From Leptolyngbyaceae cyanobacterium (GTDB taxonomy: Bacteria; Cyanobacteriota; Cyanobacteriia; Phormidesmidales; Phormidesmidaceae), in contig JBHJHA010000017.1 in NCBI GenBank assembly GCA_050331235.1, positions 32,001-96,000 of the forward strand: DNA of 64,000 bases, in the 5' to 3' direction. Shown here piece after piece: positions 52,788-63,014 of this stretch (position 1 is its first letter; each line of letters starts with the position of its first letter). Below the pieces are notes generated by a model. The model did not search any database, was not told the origin of the DNA, and saw nothing but the letters and a program-made list of their open reading frames with translations. Position numbers and translations under genes: made by a program.

Positions 52788-54791
52788 TTACTTAATCAAT
52801 GAAGGCCATAATAATTCACATATGGTCCCACCTCCTTCTGGTTTAGAAAAACGCGAAAATTTGCCGCACAAAACGGCTTCTAGACGAAAAGAGGACTGGG
52901 TACCATCACCCGTATGGGCCGACAATATACCTGGCCCATTGTCCTCTATTCTCAAACAATAAAATTCGTCAATGTATTTCCCTGAAACTTGTATGCGCGT
53001 AGTACCGATGGCATGTTTGCCAATATTTTGTAGTGACTCTTCGAGGAACCAGCAGAGCTGACGTTTGATATCAAGATTTAGCTGCTTACAGTTGAAAGGC
53101 TCTATGGAGACTGAGCGGACTCTAACTTTTTCAAATCCAGGCAGTTTGCGCTGAACGGCTAAACTGTAAACTTCGTAAAGGACCTCATGCATAGGATGTG
53201 TAAGGTCTAATTTGATATCCCCTTCGGAGTAGAAAAAATAAACATCTCCAATCGCTTCCTGTCTCAGTCGTTCACCTACGCCACGAATTTCCTTGTTGAG
53301 AGCCTCTAATTCATCAATTACATTTTCTTGATCAATATCCCCATCTTTGGCATTTCTCAGTAAACGGGATAATCTTTGCAGCGGGCCCGCATGAATTGCA
53401 CTGAAAGCACGTTCGATAGCATTACGCCGTTCTGATTCCAGTACTTTCGCTTCTACAAGCTCTTCTTGTTTATCGCGTAAAGCACTCCGCTGGCTGCGAT
53501 AGTTAAATCCTAAATAGGTCATGCCTGATAAGGGAAAACAAATTGCCATCGGGGTGACCGGCAGCCATAGCCCCTGACTGGCAATTAAGAAAAAACAAAT
53601 ACAGAATCCCATTAAGGTTGAAATGACGAGCGCGATCGCACTACGGGCCGAAGATTTTAGCGAAACGCTGATAGCAATCCCCGTCAAACCGGATGAAATA
53701 ATTAAAATATTTTCTAACCAGGAGGGCAGCGTATATAAAAATGGACGAGCGTTGATGACGCCATGCACAATTTGACTAACGCTATGTGCCTCTAGTTCAG
53801 GGCCGACAATCCCAAATCGAGGCAAGATTGGAGTTTGGCTACCTTCTGCTTCCTGAATTAAGCTGGAGGATGCTGCAACAGGTATAAATCTTGGAAAGTA
53901 AGAATCGATTCTGCCAACAATGACAATCTTTTCCGTGAGAATGCTGGGGGACTGAACTCCACTCAATAATTCTGAAGCGTCAATAACTGGAAAGTTGTTA
54001 TCGCCGGAGCGAAAGTTCAAGTATGTTTGGATCTTGCTAATATTTCCTTCTCGATAATATCCACCGGAGCTAGCGTTTAAAAATGGTATTTCTACAAAGC
54101 CTTGATTATCTGCATGCTGGAAAATGGGAATATCAAGCTTGCGAGGGTGGTTGTCTAAAGAATATCCTTCGCTTTTTAAAAATGTCTCTGCGAGCTTAAA
54201 GGAGAAAGAGAACTTAAAGGGATTGTCCTGAGGATCTTCATTGTTGTCTGCTAAATATGTCCCTACAAAAGTTCTACGAATCCTGCCATCCAAATCGACA
54301 GGAATGTCATTGTGCATAAACTGCTGAGATAAAACCTCTAGGGGAAAATCTTTTGGAGGATTGATAGGTCTAGGCTGTAATACCTTCTCTATGCCAAATA
54401 GGTTGGAATGAGCCTCAAATATCTGAATTAACCGCTCTCGACCGGTTGAATCGTTAGACTGACTCAGAAAAATATTGAGCCCAACGACGGTGGGTTCAGC
54501 AGAAAAAATGGTTTCGAGTAGATCCGCAATTTCCTGTTCAGAGACTCTTTCATCATTTTGAACAGAGTTTCGGTTGAAGAGAACGATGACAATTTTGTCA
54601 TCAGGTGCTTCTGCTGGTCGATTACGCAGCAAGAAGTCGAGAGTTAAGAGTTCCAAGCTGGAAAATAATCCCAGCCAGCGAGTGATCAAAATACCAGCGA
54701 TGATGCCATAGCCGATGGGCCATTTGGCTGACTTACGGGCTAAGCGTTTGAGTTTCTGTGCTGGAACTTTGATGAAGGACCGCATTGTCAC
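52788..54791 (-). CDS. CHASE2-domain sensor histidine kinase (HisKA_3-like)
   Basis: TM, CHASE2 (DLDGRIRR, KIVIVG, GPELEAHSVSQI), 3 TMs, H-box IHAGPLQ, N-box EESLQNIGKHA and DNGPG. Confidence 0.85.
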   Translation of the reverse strand: MTMRSFIKVPAQKLKRLARKSAKWPIGYGIIAGILITRWLGLFSSLELLTLDFLLRNRPAEAPDDKIVIVLFNRNSVQNDERVSEQEIADLLETIFSAEPTVVGLNIFLSQSNDSTGRERLIQIFEAHSNLFGIEKVLQPRPINPPKDFPLEVLSQQFMHNDIPVDLDGRIRRTFVGTYLADNNEDPQDNPFKFSFSFKLAETFLKSEGYSLDNHPRKLDIPIFQHADNQGFVEIPFLNASSGGYYREGNISKIQTYLNFRSGDNNFPVIDASELLSGVQSPSILTEKIVIVGRIDSYFPRFIPVAASSSLIQEAEGSQTPILPRFGIVGPELEAHSVSQIVHGVINARPFLYTLPSWLENILIISSGLTGIAISVSLKSSARSAIALVISTLMGFCICFFLIASQGLWLPVTPMAICFPLSGMTYLGFNYRSQRSALRDKQEELVEAKVLESERRNAIERAFSAIHAGPLQRLSRLLRNAKDGDIDQENVIDELEALNKEIRGVGERLRQEAIGDVYFFYSEGDIKLDLTHPMHEVLYEVYSLAVQRKLPGFEKVRVRSVSIEPFNCKQLNLDIKRQLCWFLEESLQNIGKHAIGTTRIQVSGKYIDEFYCLRIEDNGPGILSAHTGDGTQSSFRLEAVLCGKFSRFSKPEGGGTICELLWPSLIK

Positions 54792-54802
54792 TACTCACTT
54801 CG

Positions 54803-55549
54803 CTACTCGATAAGCCCTTCATCGCGGGCTTTTAGACAGGTGACAATGCGCAGGTTGCGGCCCTCTTCTTTAGCATCTTCAGGATAGATGCCGAGGACGT
54901 CATAGATTTTGCTCCAGTAATTACGCACCATGCTTTCAGATACGTGGAGCTGTTTAGCGATCGCCCGATCTTGATAGCCCTCTTTGCAAGCTAAATCGAG
55001 GGTTTCGAGCCACTCTGGCTTGAGCTCTAGTCCGGCTTTAAGGCTGCGAATGTCACGAGTGTGAGTATAGCCCTGTAGCGCTGCTCTGAATCGTTCAAAG
55101 GCTTTTTCGGTGGAACTATCTTTGCTCGTGACGGTAAACCCACCGCGATGGTTGTCGATATCAGGAATGATCCTCACCAGCGCATCGGGATAAGAGGTGT
55201 GAACAGCGATATTCAGAAACGGATATCCTGCCATGAGATCTTTAAGGAACTGAATGCCATGCTCTGTAGCGGCATTCTCTCCAGCGCTCTCAGGCAGTTG
55301 CAAATCTAACACGAGCAGGTGCGGCTGTAAGCGTTGAATGGCCTCTCTTGCTTCCTGTAATGTGGTCAAGGTCTCAAGATTGAGGTTATTACCAAAGCGA
55401 GCAAGAATGCTGTGAATACCTGCCAAAGTAGTGGGATGGTCCTCGACCACAAAAATGGTATGGCGATCGCTGCCAGAGACCGTTGGAATGGACATAGGCT
55501 CTAGGGAACACGGGATAGGGGATGGCGATGCAGATGCGACCGGAGTCAT
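54803..55549 (-). CDS. NarL/LuxR-type response regulator
   Basis: VVEDH, LLVLDLQLP, HTS, SKD and C-terminal HTH AIAKQLHVSESMVRNY; start 55549 or 55495. Confidence 0.9.
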   Translation of the reverse strand: MTPVASASPSPIPCSLEPMSIPTVSGSDRHTIFVVEDHPTTLAGIHSILARFGNNLNLETLTTLQEAREAIQRLQPHLLVLDLQLPESAGENAATEHGIQFLKDLMAGYPFLNIAVHTSYPDALVRIIPDIDNHRGGFTVTSKDSSTEKAFERFRAALQGYTHTRDIRSLKAGLELKPEWLETLDLACKEGYQDRAIAKQLHVSESMVRNYWSKIYDVLGIYPEDAKEEGRNLRIVTCLKARDEGLIE

Positions 55550-55687
55550 GGTAGAGCACAGATAAGAAAACAGGGAAACGAGCTTTTGCATAACAAAAGC
55601 CACATTCTTGTATCATGGCGCGGGTTGCCCGGTTACTCAATGCTGAAAACTACAGACTTTATGGCAGTAAACTTGGGCCGCAAAGCA

Positions 55688-56257
55688 TCAATTCCACCGT
55701 CGTCGCAGTGACTTGGCTTTGATTACCGGCTTTGCCAGCACTAACTCCAACGACTCAAACGTCACCCCTGCGTATTTTCTTACGGGTAGCGGCTCAGTGA
55801 CGTCAGGCGTCTGAACGTTCGGGGCCTTGCCTGACCGCTCAAGATCTTGACGGGTCGTTTCCCTGAGATAGTAATCGCTAATGTCGATGCCCTCAACTTG
55901 AATCGGCTCAACCACCACTCTGCCCATAATTTGAACAATCGCATCTATGGCTGGTGGCGCTGCATCACTAGCAACCCAAAGCATTCCAGTGGAGTCTTGG
56001 ACTTGGTAGAGTGAGCCTTGCAGGAGAGGAGCCTGATTCACAACGACACCTTCAATTTCGACCGGATCGCCATCTTGAGCTCGTGAAAGGCTCTCTATCG
56101 CTACGGTCGGTCGTATCATTTGTGCGAGACCAGAAGGAATATGTGACCCCGCCGATTCTTCTTGGATGGTGACCTCTGTTGATGGGCTGCAGCCCATTAA
56201 TAAGAAGACCAACACTAAACTGCTCAGGGGAATGATCTGCTGGGGAAGTTTCAACAT
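55688..56257 (-). CDS. Putative OB-fold lipoprotein
   Basis: Lipobox LMGC and VEIEGVV...YQVQDSTGMLWV. Confidence 0.7.
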   Translation of the reverse strand: MLKLPQQIIPLSSLVLVFLLMGCSPSTEVTIQEESAGSHIPSGLAQMIRPTVAIESLSRAQDGDPVEIEGVVVNQAPLLQGSLYQVQDSTGMLWVASDAAPPAIDAIVQIMGRVVVEPIQVEGIDISDYYLRETTRQDLERSGKAPNVQTPDVTEPLPVRKYAGVTFESLELVLAKPVIKAKSLRRRWN

Positions 56258-56421
56258 CTCGATTCGATGGAAAAAGGCGGCGCTAAATCTGAGACACTAG
56301 ACCTCGTGTAAGCCAGCAAAGTTTTTACAACGGTCATCTAGTCTGACCAAGCTGTTTGCGGCTGTTAGCTAGTTTGAAGGCCCGTGATCGCTCTTTGCTC
56401 CCAGCGTAACGTATGAAATCC

Positions 56422-57315
56422 ATGGCTCAAATTTTGGATGGTAAAGCTTTAGCAAAAGCCATGCAGGCTCAGCTTGCAGACAAAATTCAAACGTGGGTAC
56501 CCCAAGTAGGTCGAGCCCCTGGTTTGGCCGTTGTGATGGTTGGTGATAATCCAGCCAGCGCGGCCTACGTGCGTAACAAGGAGCGGGCCTGCGATCGCGC
56601 TGGCATAGTGTCATTTGGTCAGCATCTGCCCGGCGATACCTCCCAAGGCCATTTGCAAGGGCTGATTGCTGAGCTAAACGCTGATGAGCGAGTGGATGGC
56701 ATTTTGGTGCAGCTACCGGTGCCTCAGCACATTGATGATGTCGCCCTGCTCAGCACCATTGATCCGGATAAAGATGCTGATGGACTCCACCCTGTCAATA
56801 TGGGACGACTGATGCGTGGCGAAACGGGGTTACGGAGCTGTACGCCGTTTGGGGTGATGCAGTTGTTGCAAGCCAACCAGATTGAACTCGCTGGCAAGCA
56901 GGCAGTGGTCATTGGCCGCAGCATCTTGGTGGGTAAGCCCATGGCCCTGATGTTGCTTGCCGCCAATGCAACTGTAACCATGGCGCACTCACGCACCCAA
57001 GATTTACCTGCGCTGACGCAGAAGGCCGATATTGTAGTGAGCGCGATCGGTCGTCCCCATTACCTCAAAGCTAATCACATCAAAGCTGGAGCGGTGGTTG
57101 TAGATGTGGGGATCAATCGAATTGAGACGGCTCCAGGACAGTATCGGTTAGTTGGAGATGTAGACTATGAAGCGGTCAGTGCGATCGCGGCCGCCATTAC
57201 TCCAGTTCCTGGAGGGGTAGGGCCGATGACCGTGACCATGCTGTTGCACAATACAGTGTTGAGCTACTGCCAGAGAAATCCTGCCTTATCGAGTGAGAGC
57301 GCTCTTTTGTCGTGA
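56422..57315 (+). CDS. folD: Bifunctional methylene-THF dehydrogenase/cyclohydrolase FolD
   Basis: [30 protein letters not shown] and [11 protein letters not shown]. Confidence 0.97.
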   Translation: MAQILDGKALAKAMQAQLADKIQTWVPQVGRAPGLAVVMVGDNPASAAYVRNKERACDRAGIVSFGQHLPGDTSQGHLQGLIAELNADERVDGILVQLPVPQHIDDVALLSTIDPDKDADGLHPVNMGRLMRGETGLRSCTPFGVMQLLQANQIELAGKQAVVIGRSILVGKPMALMLLAANATVTMAHSRTQDLPALTQKADIVVSAIGRPHYLKANHIKAGAVVVDVGINRIETAPGQYRLVGDVDYEAVSAIAAAITPVPGGVGPMTVTMLLHNTVLSYCQRNPALSSESALLS

Positions 57316-57337
57316 CATTTCTGATGCCCATACCGCG

Positions 57338-58246
57338 ATGACATCATCTACGGATACGCCGTTTGACCTCAAATCATACCTGCGCGATCGCCAGCAGCAG
57401 GTCGAAGCCGCTCTCGATGCCTCTATTCAAGAGGGCTACCCCGAAACGATCTATCAGGCCATGCGATATTCGCTATTAGCAGGTGGCAAACGGTTGCGAC
57501 CAATTTTGTGCCTGGCAACCTGTGAACTGTTTGGGGGGGCGCCGGTCATGTCCATGCCAACAGCCTGCGCCCTTGAAATGATCCATACAATGTCATTGAT
57601 TCACGACGACTTGCCCGCGATGGATAATGACGACTATCGCCGGGGCAAACTGACTAGCCATAAAGTCTATGGTGAAGATGTGGCAATTTTGGCGGGTGAC
57701 GCGCTCTTGACCTATGCCTTTGAATATGTGGCAACGCAAACTCAACAGGTACCAGCCGAGCGCATTCTCCAAGTCATTGCAGATCTAGGCAAGGCGGTCG
57801 GTGCTGAGGGGTTAGTCGGCGGACAGATCGTTGATCTTGCCTCCGAGGGGGCAACGGATGTGAGCTTAGAGACCCTTAATTACATTCACACTCATAAAAC
57901 GGGAGCCTTACTGCGGGTCTCTGTGACATCTGGCGCAACTCTAGCAGGGGCAGACACTGCGCAGATCAAAGTGCTGGCTACCTATGCAGATCGCATTGGT
58001 CTCGCCTTTCAAATCGTTGATGATGTGCTGGATGTTACAGCCACATCAGAGGAGTTGGGTAAATCAGCTGGGAAGGATCTTACCGCTCAAAAAGCGACCT
58101 ATCCCAGTATTTGGGGCTTGGAAGAATCCAAGGCGCAGGCTCAACAACTCATTGAGTCTGCCAAAACTGATGTGCTCACTAGTTTTGGCTCAGCGGCCAG
58201 CCCACTGGTGGCTTTAGCGGACTTTATCGTTGATCGGACCCATTGA
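57338..58246 (+). CDS. crtE: Geranylgeranyl diphosphate synthase
   Basis: [22 protein letters not shown] and FQIVDDVLD. Confidence 0.95.
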   Translation: MTSSTDTPFDLKSYLRDRQQQVEAALDASIQEGYPETIYQAMRYSLLAGGKRLRPILCLATCELFGGAPVMSMPTACALEMIHTMSLIHDDLPAMDNDDYRRGKLTSHKVYGEDVAILAGDALLTYAFEYVATQTQQVPAERILQVIADLGKAVGAEGLVGGQIVDLASEGATDVSLETLNYIHTHKTGALLRVSVTSGATLAGADTAQIKVLATYADRIGLAFQIVDDVLDVTATSEELGKSAGKDLTAQKATYPSIWGLEESKAQAQQLIESAKTDVLTSFGSAASPLVALADFIVDRTH

Positions 58247-58263
58247 TGACCCCGTTAGGAACC

Positions 58264-58722
58264 ATGCAAGACATTGGTGATATTTTGCAGAATCGAGTGC
58301 TGATGGTAGCTTTGGCTGCTTGCCTATTAGCGCAATTTCTCAAACTAGTCTTTGAGCTAATTATTCATCGCAAGATCAATGTACGGGTACTTGTTGAAAC
58401 GGGCGGTATGCCGAGTTCTCATTCGGCCTTAGTGACAGCTTTGGCCTGTGGTGTCGGGCAGACCTTAGGCTGGGCAAGCCCAGCTTTTGCGGTAACCACC
58501 GTATTTGCCATCATTGTCATGTATGATGCGGCGGGTGTACGCCAAGCCGCTGGCAAGCAGGCAAAAATCCTCAACCAAATCATTGATGAACTGTTTCGCG
58601 AAAAGCCGGAATTCAACGAAGATCGCCTCAAGGAACTGCTGGGGCATACGCCCATTCAAGTAGTAGTTGGCTCAATGCTTGGGTTTTGGGTTTCATTCAT
58701 GGCAGCTGCTAACTTCTACTAG
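58264..58722 (+). CDS. Divergent PAP2 family (DUF212) protein
   Basis: GGMPSSHSA, VMYDAAGVR and LGHTP. Confidence 0.92.
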   Translation: MQDIGDILQNRVLMVALAACLLAQFLKLVFELIIHRKINVRVLVETGGMPSSHSALVTALACGVGQTLGWASPAFAVTTVFAIIVMYDAAGVRQAAGKQAKILNQIIDELFREKPEFNEDRLKELLGHTPIQVVVGSMLGFWVSFMAAANFY

Positions 58723-58787
58723 TTTAGATATTTGCTAGAAATGCCGTGAGCGTAAACAAACTCTAGAGCGAGGTGTCACAGCTTAAT

Positions 58788-59162
58788 CTATGGCAAACGC
58801 AGCGCTGAAATCAGTAAGCAGAACCACCCAACAATCAATGCCACCCCACCAATGGGAGTAACTGGCCCAAAGGCTTTGATGCCGCTGAGGCTCAACACAT
58901 ACAAACTGCCAGAAAATAAGAAAGTCCCGCTCACAAACAACCAGCCGGTTGCGGTCAACCATGCGGTTGCCTGTTCCGTCATGCCCAGCAGCAGTGCCAC
59001 TATAAGTAGGGCCAAGGCGTGATAAAGCTGATAGCGAATGCCTGTGCCAAAGGTTTCAAGTGCCCGCTCCGACAAAATGCCTTGGAGGGCATGACTGGCT
59101 AAGGCTCCTCCGGTTACTGAAAGCCCACCCAAAACAGCAGCGATCGCAAGAAATAGTTTCAT
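58788..59162 (-). CDS. DUF423 family membrane protein
   Basis: YQLYHALAL, LFSGSLY and TPIGG. Confidence 0.88.
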   Translation of the reverse strand: MKLFLAIAAVLGGLSVTGGALASHALQGILSERALETFGTGIRYQLYHALALLIVALLLGMTEQATAWLTATGWLFVSGTFLFSGSLYVLSLSGIKAFGPVTPIGGVALIVGWFCLLISALRLP

Positions 59163-59271
59163 GAGGCATGACCAGCGGGGGGAAAATAAGGTGTGGGCTA
59201 AAGCAGCTTCGTACGGGCAGGGTGTCAGCTGTCCCGTGGTTACCATCCTATCGTTCCGGTCAGCGCCAAGA

Positions 59272-60192
59272 CTAGGCCTGTAGAATCATCCCTTCTCGGG
59301 CCAACCGTAGCCGATGACAGCGGTTATGGATTTCCATCTCCAGATGGTCTAGATAATCGTCGTCATGGAGCGGATTGTGACGAAATAGAATCATTTCTTT
59401 GGCTTGAGTTTTCTCCGCAATTTCGATGCTTTGATCGCAGGAAATAGCTGCGGGATCACCTTCCAAACTGGTGTAGACCGGTTCAGAGTAGGTTCCACCA
59501 AATACGAGCAGTTCCGCACCTTGGGCTAGGTAAACCAGGTTGGGATCCGGCCCAGCTGAGCCATGGAGGCTATCAGTGGCATAGACTAAAGATTTGCCAT
59601 TGTAGTTGAGACGAAAGCCGAGGGCGCTGGTAGCCGCATTGAGAGAGATCGTTTCGATCGTCAGGTGCTGGTCGAGATGGAGTAGGTGACCCGCTGCGAT
59701 ATTGTGAAACGTCATGTTCGATGACATTCTCTGTAATGGGGTAAAAAAGTTGGGCCGCAACATCTGGTCGGTCAATCGTTGTTTAATGGAAGCGCCATTC
59801 ACAGCCATGGCACCGTAAATATCAAAGGTGTTGTCTTCAATAAAGGCCGGACCAAAAAATGGAAACCCTTGAATTCGATCCCAATGGGTATGCGTAAAGA
59901 ATATGTGGGCTTGGATAGGCCTATGAGAATCTAATAGATGCTTACCTAAGACTCGGAGACCTGTGCCGCCATCAAAAATGATGCGATGACCAGCTACCAA
60001 GATCTCAACACAGGCCGTATTCCCACCATATCTAACCGTATCGGCACCAGGAGTGGGAACGCTGCCGCGAACCCCCCAAAACTTAACCGTCAAGTTGTTT
60101 TCAACTTTGGTCTCTTGCATAGCAGAAGCTGGCCCTACAGGCTCGGGCCGAGCGTTGAGATTAGTCAACATAGAAGCATCTGCGTCTGGCAT
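59272..60192 (-). CDS. MBL-fold metallo-hydrolase homologue with degenerate metal ligands
   Basis: FWGVRGSVPTPG, YGGNTAC, FDGGTG and THTHWDRIQGFPFF. Confidence 0.88.
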   Translation of the reverse strand: MPDADASMLTNLNARPEPVGPASAMQETKVENNLTVKFWGVRGSVPTPGADTVRYGGNTACVEILVAGHRIIFDGGTGLRVLGKHLLDSHRPIQAHIFFTHTHWDRIQGFPFFGPAFIEDNTFDIYGAMAVNGASIKQRLTDQMLRPNFFTPLQRMSSNMTFHNIAAGHLLHLDQHLTIETISLNAATSALGFRLNYNGKSLVYATDSLHGSAGPDPNLVYLAQGAELLVFGGTYSEPVYTSLEGDPAAISCDQSIEIAEKTQAKEMILFRHNPLHDDDYLDHLEMEIHNRCHRLRLAREGMILQA

Positions 60193-60494
60193 AGGAGAAG
60201 CGACAGTTAATGAAAAGGGAGTGATGAAGATAACAGCGGCTCAGGCAAACTGAGCATCAACATTGCTAAATATTCGAATGATTTTCAGTACGTTCAGGAA
60301 AATTTAGTCGTTTTTACTACTAACGATCGTAGAGACTCAAAGTTATATCGATCAACATCAGTGGACAGTGCGTGGCAACTGTCTGTTAAGCACGGCTAGC
60401 TGTCGGCTGCGCCCATATGTTTGCGCTGACAGCTAACCGTCTCAGTATTCAGGGTACCCATCCTACGACGACATCAAAACTCGCAGCCCTGGAG

Positions 60495-61004
60495 TTATTT
60501 GACTGCGTCGATACATTGCTGGACGAGGGGCTTGACTTTGTCAACATTTTGCCAGCCCAGAATCTCAGTAATCTTTTTCTCCAGGTTCTTGTAGCTCCGG
60601 AAAAATTCTGCAATCTCATCCAAGCGATGGGCCGCGATGTCCTCGAGGGATGTGACCTGGGCATAGCGGGGATCTTCTGCCGGGACACAGAGAATCTTTT
60701 CGTCGCGATCGCCCCCATCGATCATCTCGAGCATGCCAATGGGGCGGGCGGCAATGACGCATCCTGGGAAGGTGGGCTGATCCATTAGAACCATGCCATC
60801 AAGGGGATCTCCATCATCGGCTAAGGTGTTAGGCACAAACCCATAGTCATAGGGGTACTGCACCGAAGAAAAGAGGACGCGATCTAGAATCATCGCTCCC
60901 ATATCTTTGTCAAATTCGTATTTGTTTTTACTGCCTGCTGGAATCTCAATTAAAACATTGATGAGTCCTGGTTCGGGTTGAGCAGGAATCCGAGATAAAT
61001 CCAC
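60495..61004 (-). CDS. ppa: Inorganic pyrophosphatase
   Basis: KNKYE, YPYDYG, DDGDPLD, DEKI and FFRSYK; GTG start at 61004. Confidence 0.97.
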   Translation of the reverse strand: MDLSRIPAQPEPGLINVLIEIPAGSKNKYEFDKDMGAMILDRVLFSSVQYPYDYGFVPNTLADDGDPLDGMVLMDQPTFPGCVIAARPIGMLEMIDGGDRDEKILCVPAEDPRYAQVTSLEDIAAHRLDEIAEFFRSYKNLEKKITEILGWQNVDKVKPLVQQCIDAVK

Positions 61005-61194
61005 AATGCGTCTCCAGAATATTGCGTCAAAACAAGCCAAATTACCGCTCTCTGACTGTCTCGATGAAGGATGTCATCAGACTGCAAACCTTAATCCTTG
61101 CGAATTGCAGGATGTAAGGTTGAGCGGCGCTGGCATAGCAGCATTTTAGGCGAAGACGTCACCCTAACCCATTGTCTCGGTCGGCATACATCGA

Positions 61195-61380
61195 TTATTC
61201 ACGGGTTTGTGAAAGGGGATAGCTCGGTAATGTCGCGGGTGGCGGATCCGCTGCTGAAAAGTGGGCGATCGCCAACACGGGAAGCATCAAAGTCAAGATT
61301 GCGACGACTGTGCCAACAAAATGAGCAAAGCGATTACTCGGAGGTTCCGGAGGGTTCTCGGAAGAACTAACAGATTCCAT
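61195..61380 (-). CDS. Small single-TM hypothetical protein (61 aa)
   Basis: MESVSS...FVGTVVAILTLMLPVLAIAHFS hydrophobic segment. Confidence 0.6.
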   Translation of the reverse strand: MESVSSSENPPEPPSNRFAHFVGTVVAILTLMLPVLAIAHFSAADPPPATLPSYPLSQTRE

Positions 61381-61697
61381 AGAGGCGAGATAACAAGACC
61401 TAGATGTGAGAACGGTTTGGGTAGACTCGCAAATGTCGATACTAGCAACTATCACAGCGTAGCCTATACCGCAAAGGGCATGGCAAGTAAGCTTAAGCAG
61501 AGCTCAAGGCTTTGGTCTGTGTCAGTTGACTACTACACTATCGAACAATGTCGCAAGCGGTTGTGAGCTGAGCCACACAATCTGCATCAAAAATGTGAAC
61601 CATTATCAATTGTACTACGACATTTTGGGGTGGTGATATTCTAAGGCGACCATGGGCCTCCAAGTTTATTGAACCCAGAATTCAGCCCAACGCGTGG

Positions 61698-62084
61698 CTA
61701 TTGAGACTCTAAATGATGGCGGATAGCTCGCAGTTCACTGAGGATGGCATTGAGAATCTCTTGGGTGGTGGTCGCTTCTGAAGGTTGTACAGTAATGGTC
61801 GGGTTGAGGCCCAAAACATCTTGGGCAAACCGTCTCACTTCCCGAGGGTGAAACAACAGTGGATCATCTCGATCCTGCCGAATTTCTGGATTTAGCTTAT
61901 CTCCGTCAAAGGGCGGATTGAGGAGTTCGGGATCAGTATTGGCATATCGGTAAACGGAAGCCCGCGATCGCCGAATTTGCTTTTGCACATCATCAACGGT
62001 CAAGTAGGCATCGGGGGGTAACTCCTCTGTTGGTGAGTTGACCATTGAGCTAGTCGATGCCGAAAACAGCGGTTGGTCGTCCAT
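61698..62084 (-). CDS. Small HTH (excisionase/MerR-like) DNA-binding protein
   Basis: YLTVDDVQKQIRRSRASVYRY and C-terminal helix ILNAILSELRAIR. Confidence 0.7.
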   Translation of the reverse strand: MDDQPLFSASTSSMVNSPTEELPPDAYLTVDDVQKQIRRSRASVYRYANTDPELLNPPFDGDKLNPEIRQDRDDPLLFHPREVRRFAQDVLGLNPTITVQPSEATTTQEILNAILSELRAIRHHLESQ

Positions 62085-62202
62085 GGCCCTCATGAGCACA
62101 GTGCTTATTGAGTCTACAGAGTAGATGGCAGAATCTCAAGCCATCGTTCGGTGGCATAGGCAAGAGGCCAATCGCGCTTGGGAAGGGATAGAAGAATTGC
62201 AG

Positions 62203-62547
62203 CTATGAGTCGGTTAGTAAGTGCTCAAACTCCGTTCGTAAACGCTTGAAATTCGCCACTCGTCCTACAATCAAGCTGGTTTCGTCAGCGCTTCTGAGTT
62301 CTTGTTTCCAATGCTCCAGGCGATCGCTATCTTGCATCCAGAAATGAATGATTTGGGCCACGATCACATCCCAATCCCAGGCAGGGCGATGCTGGATGGT
62401 CTCAGTCGCCGAGATAAAGCCATCGAGAGTGCATTTGTAGCTGGCCAAGTAGGCACAGCTTCTCTCTGGCGATTGTTCCACTCGCTGTTGATGGCAAAAG
62501 AAATCCCACACAGAAGTGATGCCAATAATGTCAAATTGATACTTCAT
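62203..62547 (-). CDS. Conserved cyanobacterial hypothetical protein
   Basis: MKYQFDIIGIT...YLASYKCTLDGFI; likely ATG at 62547. Confidence 0.7.
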   Translation of the reverse strand: MKYQFDIIGITSVWDFFCHQQRVEQSPERSCAYLASYKCTLDGFISATETIQHRPAWDWDVIVAQIIHFWMQDSDRLEHWKQELRSADETSLIVGRVANFKRLRTEFEHLLTDS

Positions 62548-63014
62548 CTGAATACCTGAGGTCTCATCAAACGGGAGGTGAAGATAAAAAAAAGCATAGG
62601 GCACCCCTACACCTACATGACATGTTTGAACGAATGCTGGGAAAGCATAGACAGCCAAAATCTGCATTTCAGCAAAGTTACAAGCTCATCACGACTAGGG
62701 CTATCCCAAGGGTCACGATGATGGCCCCTTGCCCTTGTCTAAGGATTAGCTTGCTGACAAAGCGCCCTGATTGTTTGTTGCCCTCTAATATAGTGAGTTC
62801 CATCTGGCTAACTGTTCAGAATTAACGGGATAGGCAAGTTTTTGCTCCAATGTCATCGGGCCTCTAGCTGCTGGTGCGGAGTTGGCGATTGTCCAGGGGA
62901 GTGCAACCGTAACTGTGCCGATTATGGCGGGCAACAATACAGGTGGCATGGCTATCAGAGTCTCACTGAGGCCACAAAAGCGTGCGAGTTAGGAAAGAAA
63001 TGCCGACAGCTTTT

